Source: Acidobacteriota bacterium (GTDB lineage: Bacteria > Acidobacteriota > UBA6911 > RPQK01 > JAJDTT01). From it: a stretch of DNA of 64,000 bases. The DNA is taken from assembly GCA_965263035.1 (NCBI GenBank), contig OZ253580.1:1216001-1280000 (forward strand), written 5' to 3'. Under the pieces are notes generated by a model. It was not told where the DNA came from. It searched no databases and saw nothing but the letters and a program-made list of their open reading frames with translations. Position 1 is the first letter of the stretch, and each line of letters starts with the position of its first letter. Positions 39,150 through 49,401 of this stretch are shown here, piece after piece. The position numbers and the translations under genes are program-made.

Positions 39150-42058
39150 AGCGACTGGGCCCGAAACCGGGGGAGATCCTGGACCGCAGCCGCCGGCTCT
39201 CCTTCCGCTTCGACGGCAAGACCTGTGAAGCCTACCCGGGGGACACGGTGGCTTCGGCCCTGCTGGCATCCGGCGTGAAGATCTTCTCCCGCAGCTTCAA
39301 GTACCACCGTCCCCGCGGGCTGCTCTGCGTCTCGGGCAACTGTCCCAACTGCCTCATGAACGTCAACGGGACACCCAACGTGCGCACCTGCACCCGACCC
39401 GTCCAAGAGGGAGACCAAGTAACGTCCCAGCACTGCTGGCCGTCGCCTCGCTGGGACCTGCTGTCCCTGATTGAGCGGCTGGATGCCCTGATGCCCGTGG
39501 GCTTCTACTACAAGACCCTGATCCGTCCCCGGCTCATGTGGCGGCTGGCGGAACCGGTCATCCGGCGCCTCGCCGGGCTGGGCAGCCTCAAGCATTCGAC
39601 GGGGGAGCCGGCCCATTACGAACACGAGCACCGGCACACCGAAATCGTCGTGGCGGGAGGCGGAGCCACCGGGATGGCGGCGGCGCTGGCGGCCGCCGAA
39701 GCCGGTGCCCAAGTGGTCCTGGTGGAGAGCGAAACCAACCTGGGAGGCCGGCTCAGGTCCCAGTCGGTTCCGGTCGTCGATCCGGACACCGGCACCTCCC
39801 TTCCCGGCTTCGAGTTAGCTCGCGTCTGGGCCCGAAAGGTCCAGGACCATCCCGGCATCCAGGTCCTGACCGGGTCACTGGCCTTCGGTGCCTACGAAGG
39901 ACGGCTCCTGAGCATCGTCCGGAAAAACCGTCTCGTCCAGCTCCGGTACGATCAGTTGGTGGCCGCGACGGGCAGCAATGAGTACCCCCTCCTGTTCGCC
40001 GGCAACGACCTGCCGGGCGTCATGCTCGGCTCCGGCGTTCGGAAGCTCTTGAATCTATACCGGATTCGGCCCGGGACCCGGGCTGCCGTAGTGGTTTCGG
40101 ACGACGAAGGACTGGATCTGGCGTTGGAACTGCACGACTCGGGCATCGAGTTGTCGGTGGTGGTGGATCGGCGCTCGGACCCGCCCCGCAGCCCCGCCGC
40201 CCGCCGCCTCGCAGCCTTGGGTGTTCCCCATCTCGACTCCTCGTACCCCGCAGCCGCTCAGGGACGCCGGAAAGTGGAGGCGCTGAGGGTCGCCACCGGC
40301 CTGGCCGAAGACGGATCGAACGGGCAACGGGTGTCCACCTACAGCTGCGACCTGGTGTGCCTCTGCTCTCCCTGGTCCCCGGCCATCGAACTGCCCCGGC
40401 AGGAAGGCGGCAAGGCCCGGTTCGACACCCACAGCAACCAGCACGTCTGCGAGTCCCTTCCGGACCACGTTCACGCAGCGGGCCACCTGGAGGGCGTCCG
40501 GGATCTGACCTCCCGTCTCGGCCAGGGCCGGGCCGCCGGGTTGAGGGCCGCAGCCGCCGTCCGGTCGCTGGAAGGGGAGGCCGCCCGGCATCTGGAGAAT
40601 CTCGACCGGCAGTTGCGGGAGGAGGCTCGGTCCAGGAAACCCCGGGAGGAGATTCCCTTCCCGCGCCAGAACCCGGCGGGAGAAAAGGCCTTCGTCTGCC
40701 TCTGCGAGGACGTGACCGACAAGGACGTGGTCAACGCGGTGCAGGAAGGGTTCCGCGAGATGGAACTGCTCAAGCGCTACACCACGGCCACCATGGGCCC
40801 CTGTCAGGGCAAGATGTGCCAGATGCTGCTGGCCGGCGCCTGTGCCCGGGAGACCGGCCGCACGCTGCACGAGACCGGCAGAACCACTTCCCGTCCCCCG
40901 GTGGCCCCCATCTCCCTGGGGGTCCTGGCGGGTCCCCACCACCACCCGGTCAAGTTGACGCCGCTTCACGATCGGCACCAGGCGGCCGGCGCCAAACAAA
41001 TGGCCATGGGGGAATGGATGCGTCCCTTCAGTTATGGGAACCCGGAGGAGGAATGGAAGGCGGTCCGGGAGCGGGTGGGTGTCATCGACGTGAGCACCCT
41101 GGGGAAACTGGAGGTCCAGGGCGCCGATGCCGGCAAGCTGCTGGACCTGGTCTACACCCACCACTTCTCCAACCTGAAGCCGGGACGGATCCGCTACGGC
41201 GTCCTCTGCGGAGAGGACGGCATCATCCTGGACGACGGCACCGTCAGCCACCTGGCCGAGGACCACTTCTACATCACCACCACCACGGGCAACATCTCCT
41301 TCGTGGAGCAGTGGCTGGACTGGTGGGCCGTGGTGTCCGGCTTCTGCGCCCACGTCACCGAGGTCACGGCAAACTTCGCGGCCGTGAACCTGGCCGGCCC
41401 CCAGGCCCGGCAGGTCCTCTCCCGGCTGACCGACCTGGACCTCTCCAACGAGTCGTTCCGCTACATGCGCTGCCGCACGGCGACGGTGGCGGGGGTGCCG
41501 GCGCGGCTGCTCCGGATCGGGTTCGTGGGGGAGACCGGCTGGGAGATTCACGTCCCCGCCTCCTACGGGGCGCATCTCTGGGACACGCTACTGGAAGTCG
41601 GAGCCGATCAGGGGATCGCTCCCTTCGGTGTCGAGGCCCAGAGGATCCTGCGGCTGGAGAAGAAGCATTTCATCGTGGGGCAGGACACCGACGCCCTGAG
41701 CAATCCCATCGAGTCGAACATGGGATGGGTGGTGAAAATGGAGAAGCCGGACTTCATCGGCCGCCAGGCTCTCCAGAAGGCCCGGGAGGAGGGCGCGTAC
41801 AATCGTCTGGTCGGTTTCGTGACCTCCCGGCGGGTCCAGGAGGGGGCCGCCGTGGTTCGGGACCAGCAGCCGGTGGGGCGCGTGACCAGCGCCCGGTGGA
41901 TCCCCCATCAGAACCGCTGCATCGGACTGGCGTGGGTCCCGGAAGAAGATTCCGCCGACGGCTCGGCGATCCGGATCAGTCACGACGGGTCGCTGCTTCC
42001 GGGAAGGGTGCACGCCGCACCGTTCTACGATCCGAAAGGCTCACGGCTGCGAGGTTGA
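39146..42058 (+). CDS. soxA: Sarcosine oxidase/N-methylglutamate dehydrogenase alpha subunit (MgdC) with Fe-S domains and GcvT-like C-terminus
   Basis: GDTVASAL, RSFKYHRPRG, GFYYKT, GGGATG, KRYTT..MGPCQG, DVSTLGK, LRLEK, PFYDP. Confidence 0.88.
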   Translation: MKRLGPKPGEILDRSRRLSFRFDGKTCEAYPGDTVASALLASGVKIFSRSFKYHRPRGLLCVSGNCPNCLMNVNGTPNVRTCTRPVQEGDQVTSQHCWPSPRWDLLSLIERLDALMPVGFYYKTLIRPRLMWRLAEPVIRRLAGLGSLKHSTGEPAHYEHEHRHTEIVVAGGGATGMAAALAAAEAGAQVVLVESETNLGGRLRSQSVPVVDPDTGTSLPGFELARVWARKVQDHPGIQVLTGSLAFGAYEGRLLSIVRKNRLVQLRYDQLVAATGSNEYPLLFAGNDLPGVMLGSGVRKLLNLYRIRPGTRAAVVVSDDEGLDLALELHDSGIELSVVVDRRSDPPRSPAARRLAALGVPHLDSSYPAAAQGRRKVEALRVATGLAEDGSNGQRVSTYSCDLVCLCSPWSPAIELPRQEGGKARFDTHSNQHVCESLPDHVHAAGHLEGVRDLTSRLGQGRAAGLRAAAAVRSLEGEAARHLENLDRQLREEARSRKPREEIPFPRQNPAGEKAFVCLCEDVTDKDVVNAVQEGFREMELLKRYTTATMGPCQGKMCQMLLAGACARETGRTLHETGRTTSRPPVAPISLGVLAGPHHHPVKLTPLHDRHQAAGAKQMAMGEWMRPFSYGNPEEEWKAVRERVGVIDVSTLGKLEVQGADAGKLLDLVYTHHFSNLKPGRIRYGVLCGEDGIILDDGTVSHLAEDHFYITTTTGNISFVEQWLDWWAVVSGFCAHVTEVTANFAAVNLAGPQARQVLSRLTDLDLSNESFRYMRCRTATVAGVPARLLRIGFVGETGWEIHVPASYGAHLWDTLLEVGADQGIAPFGVEAQRILRLEKKHFIVGQDTDALSNPIESNMGWVVKMEKPDFIGRQALQKAREEGAYNRLVGFVTSRRVQEGAAVVRDQQPVGRVTSARWIPHQNRCIGLAWVPEEDSADGSAIRISHDGSLLPGRVHAAPFYDPKGSRLRG

Positions 42059-42060
42059 CC

Positions 42061-42744
42061 ATGCCGGACGCTTGGAATCCACTCCGCCGATCGCCGCTCC
42101 ATGCCCGGCTGCACGAGGCCGGGGCCGTCTTCGAATCTGAGTCGGGTTGGGCCCTGGCCCGGCATTTCGGGGACCCGGACGCGGAGTTTCAGGCCGGCAG
42201 CACAAGTGTCGCGCTCTCGGACCTGAGCTGGACCGGCAAGTGGCAGGCCAAGGGGCGGGACCTGGACCGAGATCTCGGGCCCAGCGTTTCCGGGGAAGTC
42301 CCGGCGCCCGGCCGGGTGGCCGGAACGCGGACCGGTTGCCTCTGTCGGCTCACCCCAGGAGAGGCCCTGTTTCTCTGCCAGAACGGACGGCCGGAACCTC
42401 ACCCGGCGTCCGGGGAGAGTGGCGACGGCTGCCTCCACCTGTTGGAGCGAACCGACGGACTCGCCCTGATGGCGCTATGGGGACCCGATTCCCGGCGGGT
42501 CCTGGCCAAGCTGAGCAGTCTCGACCTGCGAGAGCGAACCCGTCCCCACGGGACCTGCGCCGCGGCGCCCATGGCGGGCGTTCGAGTTCTGCTGGTCCGT
42601 TGGGACCGGGGCCGAGTGCCGGCCTACCAGATCGTGGTGAGCGCCGAGTACGGCGCCTATCTCTGGGACACGGTCCTGGATGCGGGGCGGGAGTACGGCC
42701 TCCGGCTCTGCGGTCTGGATTCCTGGACACGATTGGAGGGATAG
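42061..42744 (+). CDS. soxG: Sarcosine oxidase/N-methylglutamate dehydrogenase gamma subunit (MgdD)
   Basis: RRSPLH, LSDLS, LWGP.SR.VLAKL..LDL, YLWD.VLDAG; position in cluster. Confidence 0.78.
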   Translation: MPDAWNPLRRSPLHARLHEAGAVFESESGWALARHFGDPDAEFQAGSTSVALSDLSWTGKWQAKGRDLDRDLGPSVSGEVPAPGRVAGTRTGCLCRLTPGEALFLCQNGRPEPHPASGESGDGCLHLLERTDGLALMALWGPDSRRVLAKLSSLDLRERTRPHGTCAAAPMAGVRVLLVRWDRGRVPAYQIVVSAEYGAYLWDTVLDAGREYGLRLCGLDSWTRLEG

Positions 42745-42749
42745 CGAGA

Positions 42750-43961
42750 GTGTCACGCCTGTTTCGCTTCGATCCCATGTGGGAGAGCCACCCCCTCCGG
42801 GACCGCTACGACGTGGTGGTGATCGGCGCCGGCGTCCACGGACTGGCCACCGCCTACTATCTGGCCCACCGGGGGATCACCGACGTCGCCGTCCTGGAGA
42901 AGGGCTACCTGGGATCGGGAAACAGCGGGCGCAACACGGCCATCCTCCGGGCCAACTACCGGACCCCCGAAGCCATTCCCTTCTATGCCGAGAGTCTGGC
43001 GCTCTACGAGGAACTCTCCGACGACCTGGACTACAACCTGCTGTTCTCCCAGCAGGGCCACCTGACCCTGGCCCACACGGAAGCCGCCGTCAACGGACTC
43101 TGGGTGCGGGCCGAGGCCAACCGCATCATGGGGGTCAAGAGCCGAATCATCGGTCCGGGCGAGATCAAGCGAATGGTCCCGGCTATCGACACCTCTTCCG
43201 CCACCCGGTATCCGATCATGGCCGCCCTCTATCATGCGCCGGGTGGGATCATCCGCCACGACGCCGTCGTGTGGGGGTACGCCCACCAGGCCAGCCGGCT
43301 GGGCGTCGAGGTCCATCCCCATACCGAGGTCCTGGACCTGGGACTTGAGGGAGGCCGGATTGCCACCGTCCACACCAACCGGGGAACGATCAAGACCGGC
43401 GCCGTGGTCAACGCCACCTCCGGCTGGTGCTCCCTGATCGCCGCCATGGCCGGGGTGGAGCTGCCCGTGATCAGCCACCCGCTTCAGGCCTGCGTGACCG
43501 AGCCTATGGAACCCATCCTGGACAAGGTCATCGTCTCGGCCAATCTCCACGTCTACGTGAACCAGACCCCACGGGGAGAGTTCGTGATCGGGGCCGAGAT
43601 CGACCCCTATCCCTCCTACCACCTGGGGTCCACCCTGCCGACGCTCAAGTCGATGGCGTTCCACACGCTGGAGTTGTTCCCGGACCTGCACCAAGTCAAA
43701 ATCCTGCGCCAATGGGGCGGGATCTGCGACATGACGCCCGACTACAGTCCCATCATCGACGAACATCCGGAAGTCGGAGGATTCTTCATGGATGTGGGGT
43801 GGGGCACGTACGGATTCAAGGCGGGTCCGGCGGGCGGCAAATGCCTGGCGGAGTTGATCGCCACCGGACGGACGCCCGATCTGATCCAACCCTTCCGCCT
43901 GAGCCGGTTTCACGAGAATCGGCTGGTCGGAGAGAAGGCCTCCGCCGCCGTCTCTCACTGA
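42750..43961 (+). CDS. soxB: Sarcosine oxidase/N-methylglutamate dehydrogenase beta subunit (MgdA, FAD)
   Basis: IGAGVHGLATAYYLA, GNSGRNTAILRANY, RHDAVVWGYA, LQACVTEP, DMTPDYSPI, GWGTYGFKA, AAVSH. Confidence 0.9.
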   Translation: MSRLFRFDPMWESHPLRDRYDVVVIGAGVHGLATAYYLAHRGITDVAVLEKGYLGSGNSGRNTAILRANYRTPEAIPFYAESLALYEELSDDLDYNLLFSQQGHLTLAHTEAAVNGLWVRAEANRIMGVKSRIIGPGEIKRMVPAIDTSSATRYPIMAALYHAPGGIIRHDAVVWGYAHQASRLGVEVHPHTEVLDLGLEGGRIATVHTNRGTIKTGAVVNATSGWCSLIAAMAGVELPVISHPLQACVTEPMEPILDKVIVSANLHVYVNQTPRGEFVIGAEIDPYPSYHLGSTLPTLKSMAFHTLELFPDLHQVKILRQWGGICDMTPDYSPIIDEHPEVGGFFMDVGWGTYGFKAGPAGGKCLAELIATGRTPDLIQPFRLSRFHENRLVGEKASAAVSH

Positions 43962-44105
43962 TCCCTGGCGACAGGCAGGGCTTGCAACGAGAGCCCCCTG
44001 GGGCGTACTCTCCGCACTGCTCCGGGGGCCTACGGGAGGGATTCTCAGGTCAGAGCGCCTCGGCGTGAAATAGGTCCGAAACACAACTGAATCAGGGGAG
44101 AAGTC

Positions 44106-45443
44106 ATGAGCGGACTGGACGAGACTCGAAGACTGGTGGACGAGGGCGAACTCGAATTCTTTCTCTGTTCCTTCGTGGAGATGGGGGGCATGCCCAAGGC
44201 CAAGCTGGTGCCGGCCAAGTGCATCGACGACATGGCCGCCGGCAGCGCCGGATTCGCCGGCTTCGCGGCCGGGAACATGGGCCAGGGTCCGCACGACACC
44301 GACATGATCGCCATCCCCGACTTCTCCAGCGTGACCCGGATTCCCTGGCGCTCCAATCTGGCGTGGGTCGCTTCCAACATCGAGGTGGACGAGAAACCGT
44401 GGCCCTACTGTCCCAGAACCATCCTGCAGGACAACCTGGAGCAGGCGCGCCAAAAGGGATACGTCCTCAAGGTGGGAGTCGAGCCCGAGTTCATGCTGCT
44501 CCGGAGGGGTGAGGACGGTGGCTACGCCCCCTTCGATCCCTTGGACCGCTTGGACAAGCCCTGTTACGACCTGACGGCCCTCAACCGGAGCCTGGACCTG
44601 ATGACGACCCTGGTCCGGTACCTGGACCAGTTGGGCTGGGGCCCCTACGCCAACGACCACGAGGACGCCAACTGCCAGTTCGAGATCAACTGGACCTATT
44701 CCACCGCTCTCCGGACCGCCGACCGCCACACCTTCTATCGCTGGATGGTCAAGGCGCTGGCCGAGGAACGGGGGATGACGGCCACCTTCATGCCCAAGCC
44801 CTTCTCCCATCTGACCGGCAACGGCGCCCACTTCCACATCAGCCTGTGGGACGCCGAGACCGACGAGAACCTGTTTCTGGACGAATCCGACGAGAACGGG
44901 CTGTCCCAACTGGCCTATCACTTCATCGGGGGACTCAAGAAGCATGCCCGGGCCGTGACGGCGGTGACCGCCCCCACGGTCAACTCCTACAAGCGGCTGA
45001 TCCGGGGCGCTCCCCGGTCGGGCGCGACCTGGGCTCCCGTGTTCGTCACCTACGGCGCCAGCAACCGGACGCAGATGATTCGGATCCCGGGTCCGGGACG
45101 AATCGAGAACCGGACCGTGGACGGCGCCGTGAACCCCTACCTGGCCGCGTCCGTCACGCTGGCCGCCGGCCTGGACGGGATCGCGAACGAGTTGCCGGCC
45201 GGCACCCGAAACGATCGCAACCTGTATCAGGTCCCCCGCGAACAGTTGAGGGCCGAGGGGATCGACCTGTTGCCTGAAAACCTGTCCGACGCCATCGACG
45301 CCCTGGAACAGGACCCGGTGGTCCTTGGGGCCCTGGGATCCCCCTACGGCGAATACTACGTCCAGATGAAGCGGGAGGAGTGGAAGGCATACCACGACTC
45401 GGTCTCGCAGTGGGAGGTCGACAGATACCTGGGGCAGTTCTGA
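44106..45443 (+). CDS. gmaS: Gamma-glutamylmethylamide synthetase (type III GS, GlnT)
   Basis: KAKLVPA, GFAGFA, DKPCYD, NDHEDAN.QFE.NW, ATFMPKPF..LTGNG.H, SGATWAP; adjacent to mgs/sox. Confidence 0.85.
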   Translation: MSGLDETRRLVDEGELEFFLCSFVEMGGMPKAKLVPAKCIDDMAAGSAGFAGFAAGNMGQGPHDTDMIAIPDFSSVTRIPWRSNLAWVASNIEVDEKPWPYCPRTILQDNLEQARQKGYVLKVGVEPEFMLLRRGEDGGYAPFDPLDRLDKPCYDLTALNRSLDLMTTLVRYLDQLGWGPYANDHEDANCQFEINWTYSTALRTADRHTFYRWMVKALAEERGMTATFMPKPFSHLTGNGAHFHISLWDAETDENLFLDESDENGLSQLAYHFIGGLKKHARAVTAVTAPTVNSYKRLIRGAPRSGATWAPVFVTYGASNRTQMIRIPGPGRIENRTVDGAVNPYLAASVTLAAGLDGIANELPAGTRNDRNLYQVPREQLRAEGIDLLPENLSDAIDALEQDPVVLGALGSPYGEYYVQMKREEWKAYHDSVSQWEVDRYLGQF

Positions 45444-45528
45444 ACCTCGTCTCCCGCCCAGGGCCTTCGAAATCTCAATTCAGGATTGACCTGGCGGCGC
45501 CCGACCGCCTACGGAACCAGAAAATCTC

Positions 45529-46431
45529 ATGCAGGGTCTGACGCTGGCGCTTTTGGCGTGTCTGTGCGTCTCCGTCAATTACATCACCGGGAAGTTCGGC
45601 GTCACCGGCTTCGGTCCGGACAGCTTCAGCCTGGTCTGGATCACGGCGGCCACCGTCTACACTCTGGCGGCCGTCTTGGCGACGGGGCGCTCCAGCCAGT
45701 TGAAGCTGCCTCGAGCGGTCCGGGGACGGATCCTGGCCATGGGCATTCTCACCGGGCTGCAGATGATCCTGTTCTGGTGGAGTCTGGACCTGCTCGACGC
45801 CCCGTTTGCCGCGTTCCTGGGCCGGTTCGAACCGGCCCTGACCATCCTGCTGGCCGGGCTCCTGCTGGGCGAGCGGCTCCGGTTACGCGAGGGACTGGCC
45901 ATAGGCGTCATGATCGTGGGCGGGTGTCTCAGCACTGCCGGCGTCTGGCAGGAGGTGGGATTGGGCGTCCTGCTGGTGATGCTGGCCTCCCTGACCATGT
46001 CATTGCAGTTCGTCCTGGGTAAGAACCTGGCGGGAAAGGTCCATCCCGGCATCATGGTCTTCTACCGCGCGGCCTGCGCGTCGGCGATGATGTTTCTGTG
46101 GGTCGCGGGTCCGGGAGAAGCCCGCTTCGACGTTGATCCCTTCTACTGGGGGATGACCCTGTTCGGGGCGTTTCTGGGTCCCTTCGTCGGATACACGCTG
46201 CTGTTTCACTCCTACCGCTTCTGGGACCTGACCCGCACGTCCATGGTCATGACCCTTCAGCCCCTCTTCGTGCTCCCCCTGGGCCTGATCTTCCTTCCGG
46301 AGCAGGGTCTGTCCCCGCAGCAGCTGCTGGGAGGGCTCCTGATCCTGGCCGGGGCGCTCTGGCTGATCGCGATCCACCGGGGCCACCGGACTGCCGGCCG
46401 CCGAGTCCCGGTTACGGTCCCGGAAGATTGA
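45529..46431 (+). CDS. EamA/DMT family transporter
   Basis: Two EamA repeats, ~10 TM, 'EP..TILLA.LLLGERL', 'LQPLF'. Confidence 0.85.
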   Translation: MQGLTLALLACLCVSVNYITGKFGVTGFGPDSFSLVWITAATVYTLAAVLATGRSSQLKLPRAVRGRILAMGILTGLQMILFWWSLDLLDAPFAAFLGRFEPALTILLAGLLLGERLRLREGLAIGVMIVGGCLSTAGVWQEVGLGVLLVMLASLTMSLQFVLGKNLAGKVHPGIMVFYRAACASAMMFLWVAGPGEARFDVDPFYWGMTLFGAFLGPFVGYTLLFHSYRFWDLTRTSMVMTLQPLFVLPLGLIFLPEQGLSPQQLLGGLLILAGALWLIAIHRGHRTAGRRVPVTVPED

Positions 46432-46490
46432 CTCTCTCAGGTCCTTTGGATAGTTTCGACCCAAATGGAGAACTGGAAAGGAGCCATTTC

Positions 46491-48095
46491 ATGACCTCAA
46501 ACAGTGCCGCGTCCCCCCCGGTGAGAACCTCAGTGATTGCCCTGCTCTTCTGCCTGCTCGTATTGTCTCAGGCACCCGCCGCTCCGCCCGGAGACAGCGC
46601 CGGCCTCACCCATATCGGCAGTAACAAGCAGCTGTTCATCGACGACTACGTCATCCAACGGATGGACCACGTCAAGCGGATGCTGAATCCGGCAGTCAAG
46701 GCGCCCAACAATCCCATCATCGAAGCCGACCGGCCCTGGGAGAGCAACTACCTGCGGTGCAACCAGGTGCTCTACGACCCCAAGGACGGGCTGTTCAAGA
46801 TGTGGTACACCTCGTACCGGGAATTCCGGGGCACCAAGGATGCGGGAGACGGCTACCGGACCCAATGGAGCCGGGACGGAGACGGCTACGCGAGGGAAAG
46901 AGTTCCGGACCCCTACCACTATTTCAACGACCCCAACGGCTCCCTCCAGGCTTTTTGTTTCGCCACTTCCAAGGACGGGTTCAACTGGGAGAAACCCAAC
47001 TTGGGCAAGGTGGAGTTCCAGGGCTCCCGGGACAACAACATCCTGCCTCCGGGAACCCGCTTTCCCAACATGCTGGATCCCAACGAGAAAGACCCCTCCC
47101 GCCGCTACAAGTCCGCGGCCGACGACTACAAGTACCACGGTTACCATTTCGGACGGATCAACCTCTACCACTCACCCGACGGGATCGAGTGGACCACGGC
47201 GCCCGAGAACCGGGAGATGGACATCTCCGACAAGCAGGGCCGCTGGGGACCCAACAGTTTCATGGGCTGGGATCCCATCAAGGGAGTCTACGTGACCCAC
47301 ATCGAGAGCTGTCTGCACCGGCGCTGCCCCCTGGGAAAACGGATCACGGGACGGTCCGAGAGCCCGGACTTCATCCGCTGGTCGGAGGTGGAGACCATCA
47401 TGATCCCCGATGACCGGGATGCGCCGGACGTCGAGTTCTACGCCTTCCCGGCCTTTACCTACGAAGGGATCTACATCGGCGTCCCCTGGATCTTCCAGAC
47501 CACCGAGGGGCTTCACTATCCCCAACTGGCGTTCAGCCGCGACGGCATCACCTACCAGCGCCCCTTCCGGGAAGCCCTGGTCAAACTGGGAGACCACGGG
47601 GATTTCGACGAGACGACCCTCTACCTGAGAAACCCGTTTTTCCAGAATGGGCGGATCTGGTTCTACTATTCGGGTGGCAACTGGAGAGGTCCGGAGCCGC
47701 TGTACGACCGGGGCGACAAGCAACTTTTCGCCATCGGTCTGGCCACCCTTCCCGAGGACGGGTTCGTCTCCCTCATCGCCGGCAAGCTGGATCCCGGCAA
47801 GGTGCTGACACGCGTCATCACCTTCACCGGAAACCGACTCTACGTGAGCATGCAGGCCGCCAAGCACACCTGGGGATCGGGACCGGCCCAGGTGAAGGTG
47901 GAGATCCTGAATTCGGCCCACACTCCCATCTCGGGATTCACGCTTCAGGATGCCGACAACCTGGATTCCACGGGCAAGCACCTGGTGACCTGGGGAGGCA
48001 AGAACGACGTGGGACACTTGGCGGGGAAACCGGTGCAGCTTCGCTTCACCGTGCGCAACGCCAAGCTCAACGCCTTCCAGTTCCTGGAGAAGTGA
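46491..48095 (+). CDS. Secreted five-bladed beta-propeller glycoside-hydrolase-like protein
   Basis: Signal peptide; QLFIDD, FKMWY, ATSKDG.NWEKP.LG, S.DGI.W repeats, LATL..DGFVS, LRF. Confidence 0.65.
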   Translation: MTSNSAASPPVRTSVIALLFCLLVLSQAPAAPPGDSAGLTHIGSNKQLFIDDYVIQRMDHVKRMLNPAVKAPNNPIIEADRPWESNYLRCNQVLYDPKDGLFKMWYTSYREFRGTKDAGDGYRTQWSRDGDGYARERVPDPYHYFNDPNGSLQAFCFATSKDGFNWEKPNLGKVEFQGSRDNNILPPGTRFPNMLDPNEKDPSRRYKSAADDYKYHGYHFGRINLYHSPDGIEWTTAPENREMDISDKQGRWGPNSFMGWDPIKGVYVTHIESCLHRRCPLGKRITGRSESPDFIRWSEVETIMIPDDRDAPDVEFYAFPAFTYEGIYIGVPWIFQTTEGLHYPQLAFSRDGITYQRPFREALVKLGDHGDFDETTLYLRNPFFQNGRIWFYYSGGNWRGPEPLYDRGDKQLFAIGLATLPEDGFVSLIAGKLDPGKVLTRVITFTGNRLYVSMQAAKHTWGSGPAQVKVEILNSAHTPISGFTLQDADNLDSTGKHLVTWGGKNDVGHLAGKPVQLRFTVRNAKLNAFQFLEK

Positions 48096-49345
48096 TGCGC
48101 GTGAAGAGCACGACTCTCCGAAAGCCCACGTTGTTGGCTGCAGCCGCGTTGCTGCTTTTGTCGGCATCGGGACAGGCCCAGCAGAGCGAGGCTCCGAAGG
48201 GGCCGGCCGCGGTCGTCGACGCCGGCAAATTCGACTCCCTCCAGGAGGCTCTGGATGCGGTCCCCGAGGCGGGCGGGATCGTTCGGCTGCCGCCAGGAGA
48301 CTTCCCTTTGGAGCAGCCGTTGATCCTGGCCCGGGAGAATACCCGGGTCGTGGGTTCGGGCGCCGCAACCCACCTGATCAACAAGAACACCCAGGGGAAA
48401 CCGGCGTTCATCGTGCGCTCTCCGAAACGGGACCTGGAGCCCAAAGCGCGGCTCTGGCGGGTGCAGCTGGCCGACTTCCGGATCAGCGGCAACCCCGAAA
48501 GTGGCGACGGCCTGCAGGTGGAGGGCGCCAACGAAATCTACATCGACGGGCTCTCCATAGACCGCAACGGCGGCCACGGCATGAACCTCATCGACTGTTA
48601 CGAGGATCCCCGGATCGTCAACTCCATCGTCACCTACAACGGCAAGGCGGGGATGAACGTGCTGGGAGCCCACGACATGCTGGTGAACGCCAACCAGTTC
48701 GAGGAGAACCAGGACGGCCTGCGCTACATCAACGGCTTCAACCTCTGCATGACGGGGAATGTCCTGGACGATCACCTGGGCGACGGCGTCGTCATCGAAC
48801 GGACCTACGGGTCGGTAGTCTCGGGCAACATGATCGAGGAGTGCCGGGGCACGGCCATCATTCTGGACCGGGACTGCTACGGCATCACCTTGAGCTCCAA
48901 CGTGATCGCCCACAACCAGAAGGGGGGCATCGACCTGCGGGACGCCTGGGGCTGCACCGTCTCGGCCAACACCTTCACCCTGATTCCGAAACAGGCCGTG
49001 CGGGTGGGTCCCAATGCCGGCCGGATCGCCATCACCGGCAACGCCTTCTCCAACAGCTACCTGGGCGGGAAGACCAAGTACCACGAGCGGCTGGACGGCG
49101 AGTGGCCCAACGTCACTCTGGGAAGCGGAATCCTGCTGGAAGGAACGTCGGACATCGCCATCACCGGCAACACCTTCACCGGTCTCCAGGAACACGCCGT
49201 CCAGACCCTGGGCGAATGCCAGAGAATCACCGTTACCGGCAACGTGGCCACCGACCTGGGACGGTCCGGGTCCCAGAAGATCCCGGCCTTCGACTTGCAG
49301 AACGTGCGGGGGTTGGTCCGTGGCAACAACGCCGTCGACGACTGA
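48095..49345 (+). CDS. Secreted right-handed parallel beta-helix protein
   Basis: SLQEALD..P..GG.V.LPPG followed by many I(T/S)GN repeats. Confidence 0.8.
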   Translation: MRVKSTTLRKPTLLAAAALLLLSASGQAQQSEAPKGPAAVVDAGKFDSLQEALDAVPEAGGIVRLPPGDFPLEQPLILARENTRVVGSGAATHLINKNTQGKPAFIVRSPKRDLEPKARLWRVQLADFRISGNPESGDGLQVEGANEIYIDGLSIDRNGGHGMNLIDCYEDPRIVNSIVTYNGKAGMNVLGAHDMLVNANQFEENQDGLRYINGFNLCMTGNVLDDHLGDGVVIERTYGSVVSGNMIEECRGTAIILDRDCYGITLSSNVIAHNQKGGIDLRDAWGCTVSANTFTLIPKQAVRVGPNAGRIAITGNAFSNSYLGGKTKYHERLDGEWPNVTLGSGILLEGTSDIAITGNTFTGLQEHAVQTLGECQRITVTGNVATDLGRSGSQKIPAFDLQNVRGLVRGNNAVDD

Positions 49346-49401
49346 ACCGGGACACCCTTCGATCTCTCATTTGACAGACTGAATACCCGGAGGAAAGAAG
49401 G

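Noticed and set aside
40357-43961. Long N-terminal extensions of soxG (795 aa) and soxB (604 aa)
   Set aside because: Low-complexity off-frame read-through overlapping upstream genes, typical of high GC
42753-45395. Long antisense ORFs (also 7755-9191, 30950-33217, 49057-50643, 61311-63227)
   Set aside because: Shadow ORFs opposite well-supported genes, caused by codon bias
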